Below, one piece after another: positions 37,144 to 46,333 of a DNA stretch of 64,000 nt. Positions within the stretch are counted from its first letter, which is position 1, and each line of letters opens with the position of its first letter. Under the pieces are notes generated by a model that worked only from the letters and a program-made list of their open reading frames with translations, was not told the origin of the DNA and did no database searches. Source of the DNA: an uncultured Chloroflexia bacterium (lineage in GTDB: Bacteria; Chloroflexota; Limnocylindria; Limnocylindrales; CSP1-4); the NCBI GenBank assembly GCA_963754485.1, contig CAVWFY010000008.1, forward strand, positions 198,754 to 262,753. Reading direction: 5' to 3'. Made by a program: the position numbers and the translations under genes.

Positions 37144-37970
37144 GCTCCGTCACCCTCGGGTCCCATGGACGGATCGTAGCGCGGCGGACGCAGGGTGCCG
37201 CCGGGGTATCCGAGATCCCGGCCCGTCCCATCGCGGCGCACCTGGCCGCCGATCGTTGCCCGCCACCCGCGCGCGTACTTGCGCAGCTGTCGCCCGTACA
37301 CCCCCACCTGGTCGAACGAGCCGTGGAAGCCGCCATGGTGCGCCGTCAGACCCGACGCGAGGGCCCGGCGGTAGTCCTCCGGCGTCCGGCCCGGGAACGT
37401 GGTCCAGCAGGCGCCGATCGCCGAGGTGGCATGCGCGTCACTGTTGCCGGCATGCGGCAGACGATGCTCGTCCGCGAAGCGCACCACCGCATCGTGGCGG
37501 TACTTGCCCAGCGCCGTGGGATTGAGGGTCTCGATGGTGTCCGGGCGGACGGCCGGGTCGTCGCTGGCCAGCAGGCGCCGCAGCACGGAGCCCTGGGCGC
37601 ACATCGGGAAGGGCACGAGCGGGTGGGCGGCGATGGCGATCCCGCCCTGGTCGTGGACGGCCTCGATGGACCACGCGAGCGCCTTGAGCGAGGGGATCGG
37701 CCGCTCGAGGAACAGGCCGAGCAGGTGGCCGCCGCGCGTGCTGATCTCCTCGCCCACGACGACGTGGGTGCGCAGGCCGCGGTCCTCGGCCATGTGCCTC
37801 GCGGCGACTGCCGCGTCGATCCGCTCGTGGTCGGCGATGGCGATGACGTCCAGAAAGCCCTGCGCCTCCACGTGGTCCAGGATCTCCGGAACCGACGACG
37901 TGCCGTCCGACGCGAGCGTGTGGATGTGCATGTCGGCGCGGCCCAGCCGGACGAGGGGCTCGTGGGTCAA
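37140..37970 (-). CDS. PHP-domain metallo-phosphoesterase
   Basis: DMHIHTLASDG, IADHE, GEEIS, HLLG, AHP, GNSDAH; TTG start overlaps the upstream stop. Confidence 0.88.
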   Translation of the reverse strand: MTHEPLVRLGRADMHIHTLASDGTSSVPEILDHVEAQGFLDVIAIADHERIDAAVAARHMAEDRGLRTHVVVGEEISTRGGHLLGLFLERPIPSLKALAWSIEAVHDQGGIAIAAHPLVPFPMCAQGSVLRRLLASDDPAVRPDTIETLNPTALGKYRHDAVVRFADEHRLPHAGNSDAHATSAIGACWTTFPGRTPEDYRRALASGLTAHHGGFHGSFDQVGVYGRQLRKYARGWRATIGGQVRRDGTGRDLGYPGGTLRPPRYDPSMGPEGDGA

Positions 37971-39022
37971 GGGGCGGTCTCCGACCGGTCGGAGGCTGGC
38001 GGCGCGTGGCCCGTCTCGCCGACGGACCCGTGGCCGGACCCGCCCTCGGCCCCGCTGCCGGACCCGACGACGAGGTCTGGCCAGATCGGGTGGAACGCTG
38101 CCCACCACTGCTCGGGCGCATCGGCCAGGATGGTCTCGTAGGCTGCGGCGATGGCGGCGGTGAGCGCGACCATGCGCTCACGGCGGGTGCCCTCGACCGG
38201 CAACGGGACGGCGATCACCTTGCCCGCGTAGCGCCCTCCGCTGATCCGCCGCGCGGCGGCCGCGTAGACCGGCGTGCCGGTCTCGATTGCCAGCAGCGCT
38301 GGGCCGGGCGACATCGGTGCCGGGCTGCCGAAGAAGGGCACCGGGATCCCGGAGCCCGAGATGTCGCGGTCGTTGACCATGCCGACGGATTCGCCCCGGC
38401 GCAGGGCGGCGAGGAGAGTCCGTCGCGCGTTCCGAACCGGGACGATGGTGACCCCGACCCGGCCCCGCGTGGTCTCGAACCAGCGCTGGATCGCGGGATC
38501 GGCCACCGTCTCCATAGGACCGCTGACTCGATGGCCGACGAGATGGGCGACCACGATTGCCGGCAACTCGATGCCCCCGAAGTGCATGCCCACCACCACC
38601 ACCGGCCGGCCGGTCTGCAGCGCCTCGCGGACGGTGTCGGGCGTCTCGACGACGACCCGGTCCAGGGCCTGCTGGAGGTCCACGCCGCCGATCCGCGCGA
38701 CCTCGAGGTAGTAGCGGACGGTGTGGCGGAAGCAGCGTCGGACCAGCAGCTCGAGTGCGTCCGGGTCGGTGGCGGCACGGCGCGCGAGGCGACTGCCGCG
38801 CCCCTGCGCACCCAGTCCCTCGCACACACGGCGCAGGTTGGCGCGTGCCTGGGCGGCCCGACCGGGCGCGAGCCGGTACCAGAGTTCACCAATGCTCTCG
38901 GCCGCGGCGACAAGGGGCGCCTCGGGGAGGGCAGCCACGATCCGGGTGGCGGCCAGGAGCAGCGTTCCACGCAGCGTCCTCGAGCCTGCGGCCGGGGCGG
39001 CCTGCTTCCCGCTGCCGGTCAC
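37967..39022 (-). CDS. PatA/LpxL-family lipid acyltransferase (copy 2)
   Basis: GMHFGGIE, NDRDISGSGIPVPFFG, GPALLA, PEQW. Confidence 0.85.
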   Translation of the reverse strand: MTGSGKQAAPAAGSRTLRGTLLLAATRIVAALPEAPLVAAAESIGELWYRLAPGRAAQARANLRRVCEGLGAQGRGSRLARRAATDPDALELLVRRCFRHTVRYYLEVARIGGVDLQQALDRVVVETPDTVREALQTGRPVVVVGMHFGGIELPAIVVAHLVGHRVSGPMETVADPAIQRWFETTRGRVGVTIVPVRNARRTLLAALRRGESVGMVNDRDISGSGIPVPFFGSPAPMSPGPALLAIETGTPVYAAAARRISGGRYAGKVIAVPLPVEGTRRERMVALTAAIAAAYETILADAPEQWWAAFHPIWPDLVVGSGSGAEGGSGHGSVGETGHAPPASDRSETAP

Positions 39023-40068
39023 GACGCGCCGGCTCCGTCCGGGCTCGCCGGGCCAGGGGCCGGCAGCCGCGATGGACCCGGATCCGGGCGTCCGGCCATC
39101 ATCTCCCGGGCCCTGGCCTCCAGGTCCACGGCCTCGGCCGGGTCCGTGGGCCACACTGGCTTGAAGCTGTACCACTGGGTGGGCGCGGAGCCGACGATGG
39201 TCTCGAGGGCCGCGGCGATGCGCTGCGTGGCCCGCTGCAGCTCCGCCGGGTCCGACGAGTCGACGGTGAAGCTCCCGGGCGCCTCGATGCGGAACTTGCC
39301 GCCCTTCGTCCGCCGGATCGCCATCGGCGCGATTATCGCGCCCGTCTTGGCGGCCAGCGTGGCGGGTCCGGCGGGGAGCGCGGTCCAGGACCCGAACAGC
39401 TTCACGGGGATCCCGTCGCTGCGATAGCCCCAGTCCACCAGCAGGGCCACGATCTCCTTCCGGCGCAGGACGGTGAACAGCTCGCGCAGGTTGCGCCACG
39501 GGATGATGTGGACACCCCAGGACTCACGCTGCTGGCGAAGGATCTCGAAGATCTCGGGGAAGGAGGAGTCGTCCGCGACGACGTTGGCGGGGAGACCGCG
39601 GCTGGCGATGGCGGCGGCGACCGCCTCGTTGTTGCCGACGTGCCCGGCAATCACGATCATCGCGCGACCCGAGTCCTCCCAGTAGCCGACGATCCTGTCG
39701 ACGCCATCGCCCTCGATGCCGTCGGCCAGCTCCTCCATGGGCCTGCTCGGGAGCCGCATGAGCTCCACCATGTAGCGGGCGTACTCCCGGTAGGCACGCA
39801 GTGCCATCCGCATGACCCTCGGGTCGGACGGCGGCAGGCCCAGCACGTGCCCGAAGTTGATGTTGGACGACCGGCGCTTGGCCGGCCAGGCGAGATACGA
39901 GAGCTGCGACGCGCCGCCGATCACGCCGCGCGAGATCGCGGGCGGCACGAGCGCAAGGACGGCGGACCCCGACCGATAGCCGATGACCGCCGCCTTCTCG
40001 ACAAAGCGCGGGGGCGTGGCCTCGAGGCGCCGGTGGGGCGCCTCGAGCTGCCGCTTGGATTGGGTCAC
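39019..40068 (-). CDS. PatA/LpxL-family phosphatidylinositol-mannoside acyltransferase (copy 1)
   Basis: [47 protein letters not shown]. Confidence 0.85.
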   Translation of the reverse strand: MTQSKRQLEAPHRRLEATPPRFVEKAAVIGYRSGSAVLALVPPAISRGVIGGASQLSYLAWPAKRRSSNINFGHVLGLPPSDPRVMRMALRAYREYARYMVELMRLPSRPMEELADGIEGDGVDRIVGYWEDSGRAMIVIAGHVGNNEAVAAAIASRGLPANVVADDSSFPEIFEILRQQRESWGVHIIPWRNLRELFTVLRRKEIVALLVDWGYRSDGIPVKLFGSWTALPAGPATLAAKTGAIIAPMAIRRTKGGKFRIEAPGSFTVDSSDPAELQRATQRIAAALETIVGSAPTQWYSFKPVWPTDPAEAVDLEARAREMMAGRPDPGPSRLPAPGPASPDGAGAS

Positions 40069-41258
40069 TTGGTGGCGGGAGCCTTCGTCCTCGCTGCGGT
40101 CGCGAGCGCCTTGGCGTCCTTCCTGGACACCTCGGTCCCCGTGAGCGTCTCGTTGTCCTCGCCCCGGATGAAGGCTTCGACCCGCTCGCGCGCCACGTCG
40201 TCGTGAAGCTGGAGCGGCGGGCTCTTCATGAAGTAGGACGAGGGTGCGACAAGGGTACCCTTCAGGCCGCGATCAAGCCCGATCTTGAGGCACCGGACGG
40301 CATCGATGATGACGCCCGCGCTGTTGGGGCTGTCCCAGACCTCGAGCTTGAGCTCGGCCTTCAGCGGAACGTCTCCGAACGTGGTGCCCTCCATGACGAT
40401 GTAGCAGTACTTGCGGTCCTTGAGCCACGGGACGTAGTCCGACGGGCCGACGTGGACGTCGCCGGGCGCCATCTCGTAGTCCAGCATGGACGTCACCGCG
40501 TTGGTCTTGGAGATCTTCTTCGACTCCAGCCGCTCGCGTTCGAGCATGTTCATGAAGTCCGTGTTGCCGCCGAAGTTGAGCTGGTACGTCCGGTCCAGGC
40601 GGACGCCGCGGTCCATGAACAGGCGGGTCAGCACGCGGTGGGAGATCGTCGCGCCGACCTGGCTCTTGATGTCGTCGCCGATGATCGGCAGGCCCTTCTC
40701 GGCGAAGCGGCGCTGCCAGTATGGCTCACGGCCGATGAACACCGGGATGGCGTTGACAAAGCCCACGCCGGCCGCGAGGGCCTGCTCCGCGTACCACTTC
40801 GTGGCCTCCTCGCTACCCACGGGCAGGTACGAGACCATGACGTCGACCTGGCGATCCCGCAGGATGCCCACGATGTCGGCCGTTGGGCCGGGTGCCTTCT
40901 CGATCACCTGGGACAGGTACTTGCCCAGCCCGTCGTGGGTCATGCCACGGTCCACGGTCACGCCCATGTGGGGCACGTCCATGAACTTGATCGTGTTGTT
41001 CTGGCCCGAGAAGATCGCCTCGGAGACGTCCTTGCCGACCTTCTCCCTGTCGATGTCGAACGCGGCCACGAACTCCACGTCGCGGATGTGGTAGTCGCCC
41101 AGCTTCACGTGCATCAGCCCGGGGATGGAGTCGGTGGGCTTTGCGTTCTCGTAGTAGTAGCGGCCCTGGATGAGGCTGCTTGCGCAGTTGCCGACGCCGA
41201 CGACGGCGACGCGCACCGTGCGGTCCGCCTTGGCGGGCGCGGTCTCGTTCTTGGTCAC
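40065..41258 (-). CDS. ino1: myo-inositol-1-phosphate synthase
   Basis: [70 protein letters not shown]; GTG start with GGAG SD. Confidence 0.97.
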   Translation of the reverse strand: MTKNETAPAKADRTVRVAVVGVGNCASSLIQGRYYYENAKPTDSIPGLMHVKLGDYHIRDVEFVAAFDIDREKVGKDVSEAIFSGQNNTIKFMDVPHMGVTVDRGMTHDGLGKYLSQVIEKAPGPTADIVGILRDRQVDVMVSYLPVGSEEATKWYAEQALAAGVGFVNAIPVFIGREPYWQRRFAEKGLPIIGDDIKSQVGATISHRVLTRLFMDRGVRLDRTYQLNFGGNTDFMNMLERERLESKKISKTNAVTSMLDYEMAPGDVHVGPSDYVPWLKDRKYCYIVMEGTTFGDVPLKAELKLEVWDSPNSAGVIIDAVRCLKIGLDRGLKGTLVAPSSYFMKSPPLQLHDDVARERVEAFIRGEDNETLTGTEVSRKDAKALATAARTKAPATK

Positions 41259-41280
41259 TGGGTACTCCATGGGTCGACCG

Positions 41281-41907
41281 CTACTCGGCGAGGGATGCCT
41301 GCCGGAGCGTGACGAGGATGCGCTGGACGGTGGTGATCGCGGCGAGCACCGTGATCAGGCCGAGGGTGAACCCGAGAATCCCGATGTTCACGCCCGCGAG
41401 GCAGACGCCGATGGTGAGGATCACGAGACGGACCTCGCGCGGGGCGAGGCCAACGGCGGCCATCCCGGAGCCGGGGGCGAACCCCAGGCTCTCGGCACGG
41501 GCGCGGGTGTAGCTGACCATGAACGCACAGGCCATGGCCGCGGCGGACAGGATCACACCGAGGTCGAAGCCGGCGAACAGACAGCCGGCGGCGAGCCCGA
41601 CGTAGACGACGCCTTCACCCCACCGGTCGAAGGTGGAGTCCATGAAGGCACCGGCCTTGCTGGTCTTCCCGGTAGCTCGGGCGACCATGCCGTCGAACAT
41701 GTCGAAGATGCCGCCGAAGATGATCAGCAGTCCGGCAGGGAGCCAGGCCTGCAGGCCGGCCACCACGGCAGCCACGACGGCGATGCCGAAGCCGATGACG
41801 GTGATCGCGTTGGGGGAGAGCCCGAGGCGGACGAAGAGCCGGCCCACGGGCTCCGCGAGGCCGCGGACCTTCGCCCGCAGTTCGGGGGAGACGAACGACC
41901 CGCTCAC
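41281..41907 (-). CDS. pgsA: CDP-alcohol phosphatidyltransferase, phosphatidylinositol-phosphate synthase-like
   Basis: [27 protein letters not shown] signature; VSYTRARAE; next to ino1. Confidence 0.9.
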   Translation of the reverse strand: MSGSFVSPELRAKVRGLAEPVGRLFVRLGLSPNAITVIGFGIAVVAAVVAGLQAWLPAGLLIIFGGIFDMFDGMVARATGKTSKAGAFMDSTFDRWGEGVVYVGLAAGCLFAGFDLGVILSAAAMACAFMVSYTRARAESLGFAPGSGMAAVGLAPREVRLVILTIGVCLAGVNIGILGFTLGLITVLAAITTVQRILVTLRQASLAE

Positions 41908-42266
41908 GAGACCGATCCGTTCCGGGTCAGGGCTGTCCCCAGCCCGAGGGCCCTGGCCTGGCGGTTGGCGAACATCGCGAATGCCTCCGGTTCGATGGTG
42001 TGGATGGTCTCCCGGCCGTTCCGCTGCGCGGAGACCAGCCCGACCTCGCGCAGCTTGGAGAGATGCCAGGAGACAAGAGGCTGGGAGAGCCCGACGCGGT
42101 CGATGAGCTCGGTGACCGTGGCGGGACCCTCCGCCAGCACGCGGCAGATTCGCAGCCGGTTGACGTCCGCCAGCACCTTGTGGAAGCGGCGCAGCTCGCG
42201 GAGGTCGTCTGGCTGGTCGACGGCCGCTGCGAGGGTGCTCCGGATCCGCGCGGGGGAGGGGGACAT
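41904..42266 (-). CDS. ArsR/SmtB family transcriptional regulator heading the inositol-lipid operon
   Basis: LADVNRLRI, LSQPLVSWHLSKLREVGLV; GTGA overlap with pgsA. Confidence 0.88.
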   Translation of the reverse strand: MSPSPARIRSTLAAAVDQPDDLRELRRFHKVLADVNRLRICRVLAEGPATVTELIDRVGLSQPLVSWHLSKLREVGLVSAQRNGRETIHTIEPEAFAMFANRQARALGLGTALTRNGSVS

Positions 42267-42290
42267 GCGCCGGTGGGACCTGCGATGGCG

Positions 42291-42338
42291 GTTGACGTCC
42301 CGACGTATCAACGCCGGTTTATATCAACGGGCGTTGAT
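42291..42338. promoter_or_regulatory. ATCAACG repeat array (putative operator)
   Basis: ATCAACG at 42307 and 42323; palindrome ATCAACG-GG-CGTTGAT 42323-42338; GTTGAC at 42291. Confidence 0.6.
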
Positions 42339-42640
42339 GCTATGGACCGGTGGGTCGCTTGTCAACTCGGGTCTCCCGCCGTGGGCGAGTGCATGGCGGA
42401 CCCCGATCTCATCCGTTCGTGGATCGCGGAGCTGGGGCGTGTTCGCGGTTCGAGCAGCGGGTGGGGCGCCTGCCCGGACGGACCGGGTCATCGCAGGTGA
42501 GGTCAGGAACCTCGTACCCAAAGGGAAACCGCGTCGGTTCCCTATGACACGGTGACAATCTGACCTAGAAGGCGTTGAATAGTAGGCGAGGTGGATACCT
42601 CAGTAGCCGCAAGACTACGAATCGCAACCTGGAACGTCCC

Positions 42641-42760
42641 ATGCTCTACGACATCGCAATCAGCTCCATCGTCACCCTCATCGCCATCGCCCCGATGGCC
42701 TTCGCCGCCTGGTATGACGGCAAGCTGGAGATCCAGCCGGACTCCCAGCCCGAGGGCTGA
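42641..42760 (+). CDS. 39-aa single-TM small protein
   Basis: MLYDIAISSIVTLIAIAPMAFAAWYDGKLEIQPDSQPEG; strong GC3 bias; followed by a UUCG hairpin. Confidence 0.65.
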   Translation: MLYDIAISSIVTLIAIAPMAFAAWYDGKLEIQPDSQPEG

Positions 42761-42819
42761 TCGCCGGACCGCAACCAGCCCCGCGGGGCCTTCGGGCTCG
42801 CGCCCCGTACACTCGCAGG

Positions 42820-44481
42820 GTGGACCGGCTCTCGCGGCGCGACTCGCTCATCCTCCTCGCCATTCTCGGGACCGGGGTCTTCCTCGCCGGCCTCGAGCTG
42901 ATGATCACGGCGGTGGCCCTGCCGGCCATCGTCGCGGACCTCGCGGACTGGACCCGCCTGCGCGAGGCGTCCTGGATCATCAACGGCTACCTCCTGGTCT
43001 ACGTGGTCACGATGCCCGTGGCCGGCCGGCTGGCGGACCTCTATGGCGCCAGGCGCCTCTTCCTCTGGGCTCTCGTGATCTTCACGCTGGGCTCGTTCCT
43101 CGCCGGTGCCGCACCCTCGCTCGAGCTCCTCATCGTCGCGCGCCTCGTGCAGGCCGTGGGTGGTGGTGCGCTCGTGCCGGTGGCAACCTCCGCGGCGTCC
43201 CACCTGTTCACGGGCGCATCCCGTCCCCGCGCGCTGGGTGTCGTTGGTGCCCTCACGTTCCTGGGCATGGCCGCGGGCCCCGTCCTCGGGGCGGCGATCC
43301 TGGGCGCCCTGCACCCTGAGGCCGCGCTCTCGCGCATGGGGTTCGAGCCCCAGTCGGCTGCCGCCGGGCTGCTTGCCCCGGCCTGGCGATGGGTGTTCTA
43401 CGTGAACGTGCCCGTCGGCCTCGCGGCACTGGTCGTGGCCTGGGCTGCGAGCAGCGGCTGGGAGACCCCGCGGCGCGAGGGCCGGGTGGACCTGGTTGGG
43501 GCGGTCCTGTTCTCAGCGTTCCTGGTAGGTGCCCTGGGTGCCCTCACGCTCCTGGGGTCGCAGGCGAGTCCGGACGGCGGCGTGGACCCGGCCACGATCT
43601 CGCTCGTCCTGGTGGTCGTGGCGGTGATCGCCGGCCCCGCGACGATCGTGCGCGGTCTCCGTGTCCCCGACCCGTTCCTGGACCCGCGGCTGTTCCGGTC
43701 TGCGTCGTTCTCCTCGGCGGCGCTCGTCTCGCTGCTCACGGGGTACGGCTTCGCCACCGCGATCGTAGGCGCCGCGGTGTTCGTGGACCGGGTGCTGTAC
43801 GGCGGACCCGACGAGCAGCGGCTGGCGCTGGGTGCGCTGGCGGGAGCGACGGCCGTGGGAGCACTGCTGTCGGGGTTCGCTGTGCGGATCCTGTCGCTCA
43901 AGCTGGTGACGGTCGTCGGGCTGGGCGCCAGCATCGTCGGGCTGTGGCAGATGGCGGGTTGGACACCCGCCACCACCGTCGAGAGCGCTGCCCTCTCGCT
44001 CGGGTTGTTCGGGTTCGGCTTCGGGCTCACGGTCACGCCCCGGTCAACGGCAGCCGTCGAGGCGGTGGCCGTGCACGCGTACGGCGCGGCCTCGTCCACG
44101 GTGACGGTCGCCCGCATGATCGGCATGGCCGTGGGCCTCGCGATCCTGACGGCATACGGCTCCACCACCATCGACCGCCTGTACGACCAGGTGTACGCGT
44201 CGGCGGATGCGTACCTGCGCTACATCCCCGAGACCCTGCGCGACCGCCCGCTGCGGGACGGGCTGGTCGTGGAGGCGCTGGAGCAGTGGGCCGCCGGCGA
44301 GGCCGCGCGGATCATGGTCGGGATCTTCATGGTCGCAGCCCTCGTCACGGCCGCGGCGATCCCGCCGTCGCTCCTGCTGGGCCGGCGGCGGCGTATGCTC
44401 GGCGCGGCCGGGCGTGAGCCGGTCCCGAGCGGAGCAACGGAGCCCGATGGAGCCACTGACCACGACCCTGCGCGAGCCTGA
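42820..44481 (+). CDS. MFS transporter, DHA2 (14-TM drug:H+ antiporter)-like, leaderless
   Basis: GRLADLYGARR motif A, ARLVQAVGGG, WRWVFYVNVPVG; TACACT 6 nt before the GTG. Confidence 0.9.
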   Translation: MDRLSRRDSLILLAILGTGVFLAGLELMITAVALPAIVADLADWTRLREASWIINGYLLVYVVTMPVAGRLADLYGARRLFLWALVIFTLGSFLAGAAPSLELLIVARLVQAVGGGALVPVATSAASHLFTGASRPRALGVVGALTFLGMAAGPVLGAAILGALHPEAALSRMGFEPQSAAAGLLAPAWRWVFYVNVPVGLAALVVAWAASSGWETPRREGRVDLVGAVLFSAFLVGALGALTLLGSQASPDGGVDPATISLVLVVVAVIAGPATIVRGLRVPDPFLDPRLFRSASFSSAALVSLLTGYGFATAIVGAAVFVDRVLYGGPDEQRLALGALAGATAVGALLSGFAVRILSLKLVTVVGLGASIVGLWQMAGWTPATTVESAALSLGLFGFGFGLTVTPRSTAAVEAVAVHAYGAASSTVTVARMIGMAVGLAILTAYGSTTIDRLYDQVYASADAYLRYIPETLRDRPLRDGLVVEALEQWAAGEAARIMVGIFMVAALVTAAAIPPSLLLGRRRRMLGAAGREPVPSGATEPDGATDHDPARA

Positions 44482-45451
44482 CGCCGACTGGCCGCGGATC
44501 CGGGGCGTCGCCTGGTCGCCTGCAGGCACCCGGGTCATCGCGAGTCGCGACGACGTGGCCGCCTGCCTGGCCGACCCCGAGGCGCTCCTGTGGGTGGACG
44601 TCACCGCCCCATCCCATATCCAGGTCAATGAGGTCGCGGACCTGCTCGCGCTCCATCCGCTGATCGCGGAGGACATCGCAGAGCGCAACCAGCGTGCCAA
44701 GGTGGAGGAGATCGAGGGGGCCATCCACATCGTGATCTTCGCAATCGCCTACGAGGGCGAGATCACGGAGGTGGAGATCGACATGGTGCTCAACCACCGG
44801 TCCCTGCTCACGGTCCACGAACCGGGCTGGGATCCGTTCACCCTCCCCCAGCTTCGCGGCGACCCGGCGAACGTGCTTCGCCGCGGCCCCGACTTCCTGC
44901 TCTACGCCCTCACGGACGGCATCGTGGACGACTACTTCCCGGTGCTGGACGCCATCGAGGACGAGATCGACGCCCTCCAGGACGACGTCATCGAGAAGCC
45001 CACCAAGTGGACCCTGGAGCGGCTGTTCGCGCTCAAGCGCCAGCTCATCGGCCTGCGGCGGGCGATGTCGCCCGCCCGCGAGATCTTCAACCAGCTGACC
45101 AACCGGGACCTCGACCTCGTCAAGCCGGAGCACATCATCTACTTCCGCGATGTCTACGACCACCTGATCCGCGTCACGGACGAGCTGGACAACGACCGCG
45201 AGCTCGTTGCCGGCACGCTCGAGGTCTACCTCTCGACGATCAACAACAATCTCTCGACGATCATGAAGCGCCTCACCGGCGTCACCGTGATCCTCGCGGG
45301 CATCGGGGCGGTGGGCGGGCTCTTCGGCATGAGCGAGGCCGGTCCGGCGCTCGCCGGTGGTGAGGCGGGCGGGTTCTGGACGGTCGTCGCGTTCGTGGTC
45401 GCGGGGGCGGTGGCGACGGCCGTCTTCCTGCGGCGGATCGACTGGATCTAG
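44447..45451 (+). CDS. CorA-like divalent cation transporter (GMS instead of GMN)
   Basis: LWVDV, LHPLIAED, DGIVDDYFPVL, YFRDVYDHL, NNLSTIMKRLT, GLFGMS. Confidence 0.88.
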   Translation: MEPLTTTLREPDADWPRIRGVAWSPAGTRVIASRDDVAACLADPEALLWVDVTAPSHIQVNEVADLLALHPLIAEDIAERNQRAKVEEIEGAIHIVIFAIAYEGEITEVEIDMVLNHRSLLTVHEPGWDPFTLPQLRGDPANVLRRGPDFLLYALTDGIVDDYFPVLDAIEDEIDALQDDVIEKPTKWTLERLFALKRQLIGLRRAMSPAREIFNQLTNRDLDLVKPEHIIYFRDVYDHLIRVTDELDNDRELVAGTLEVYLSTINNNLSTIMKRLTGVTVILAGIGAVGGLFGMSEAGPALAGGEAGGFWTVVAFVVAGAVATAVFLRRIDWI

Positions 45452-45485
45452 CGCAGATCGGGTCCGCGCGCCCGCGCGCCATCGC

Positions 45486-46265
45486 TCAGCCGCACTTCAC
45501 CGGCCTGGGCTTGCGAAGGGCGTCCTCGCGGTCGGCATCCGCGACCGAGATCGGCACGGCCCGCAGCTGCGTCTTGCCGCGCGTGCCCTTGGGTCCCTCG
45601 GACGTCTGAAGCCAGAGCTCCTCGCCGGTGGCGGACAGCGGGCCATCGAGGTCCGTCGCGTGCAGCCGGTACTCGCGAATCTCGTACAGGTGGACCTTGA
45701 GGTCGCTGGTGTAGACCTGGACCATCATCCCGAGCATCTTCTTGGCCTGCTTCTTCTGGATCGCGAGCTCGTAGATCGGGCCGAACATCCCGTCACGGGC
45801 ATGGCCGTACAGGTACGTCGCCCTTCCCTCGCCCGGCTGGCCGAAGGCGTCCTTGTCCTCCGCGTCGTCGGTGTGCAGGTACATGGCGACGTTGCAGAAC
45901 GGATAGCCGTCGTTGCCCTTCATCACCGGGAGATCGATCTCGAGCGCGGGGACGACAACCCGCGTGGCGAAGGCCCGATCGGCCTTCGGCGTCGGATCCG
46001 GGACGATCGATGCGGGTGGCGTGCCTGCTGGCGAGGCGCTGGGCGAGACTGGCCCCGACGGGCTGCTGGCCGGCAGGGACGGCGACGGGCTGACAACCGC
46101 CTCGGGAGGGTCCAGCGTTTCGACGACCGCGGGCTCGACGGGCGCACCCCCCGCGACGGTCGGGTCGGCGTAGGAGAGGAGGCCGCCGGTGATCAGCACC
46201 ACCCCGGCCGCGGTCAGCAGCGCGGGGACGAGGCGTGTCCCGATGGCGGAGAGGGCGGAGATCAT
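45486..46265 (-). CDS. Membrane-anchored sortase-fold protein with Ser at the catalytic Cys position
   Basis: RVVVPALEIDLPV, PGEG..YLYGHA, LWLQTS, KTQLRA. Confidence 0.78.
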   Translation of the reverse strand: MISALSAIGTRLVPALLTAAGVVLITGGLLSYADPTVAGGAPVEPAVVETLDPPEAVVSPSPSLPASSPSGPVSPSASPAGTPPASIVPDPTPKADRAFATRVVVPALEIDLPVMKGNDGYPFCNVAMYLHTDDAEDKDAFGQPGEGRATYLYGHARDGMFGPIYELAIQKKQAKKMLGMMVQVYTSDLKVHLYEIREYRLHATDLDGPLSATGEELWLQTSEGPKGTRGKTQLRAVPISVADADREDALRKPRPVKCG

Positions 46266-46333
46266 GGCCGGCGAATCCTAGTCGAGCGTTGCAAACCCTG
46301 CTCCTATCCGTTCGTGCTGGTACGCTCGAACGG

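Noticed and set aside
38006-39427. 473-aa plus-strand ORF with a signal-peptide-like C-terminal stretch
   Set aside because: Antisense to the two acyltransferases, which have clear family motifs and coupled starts and stops
42345-42640. Known riboswitch or housekeeping RNA (c-di-AMP, T-box, SAM, TPP, FMN, cobalamin, SRP, tmRNA, raiA)
   Set aside because: Only short partial resemblances (for example AAGGGAAACCGCG, GTAGGCG); core consensus elements are absent by eye, so no family is assigned
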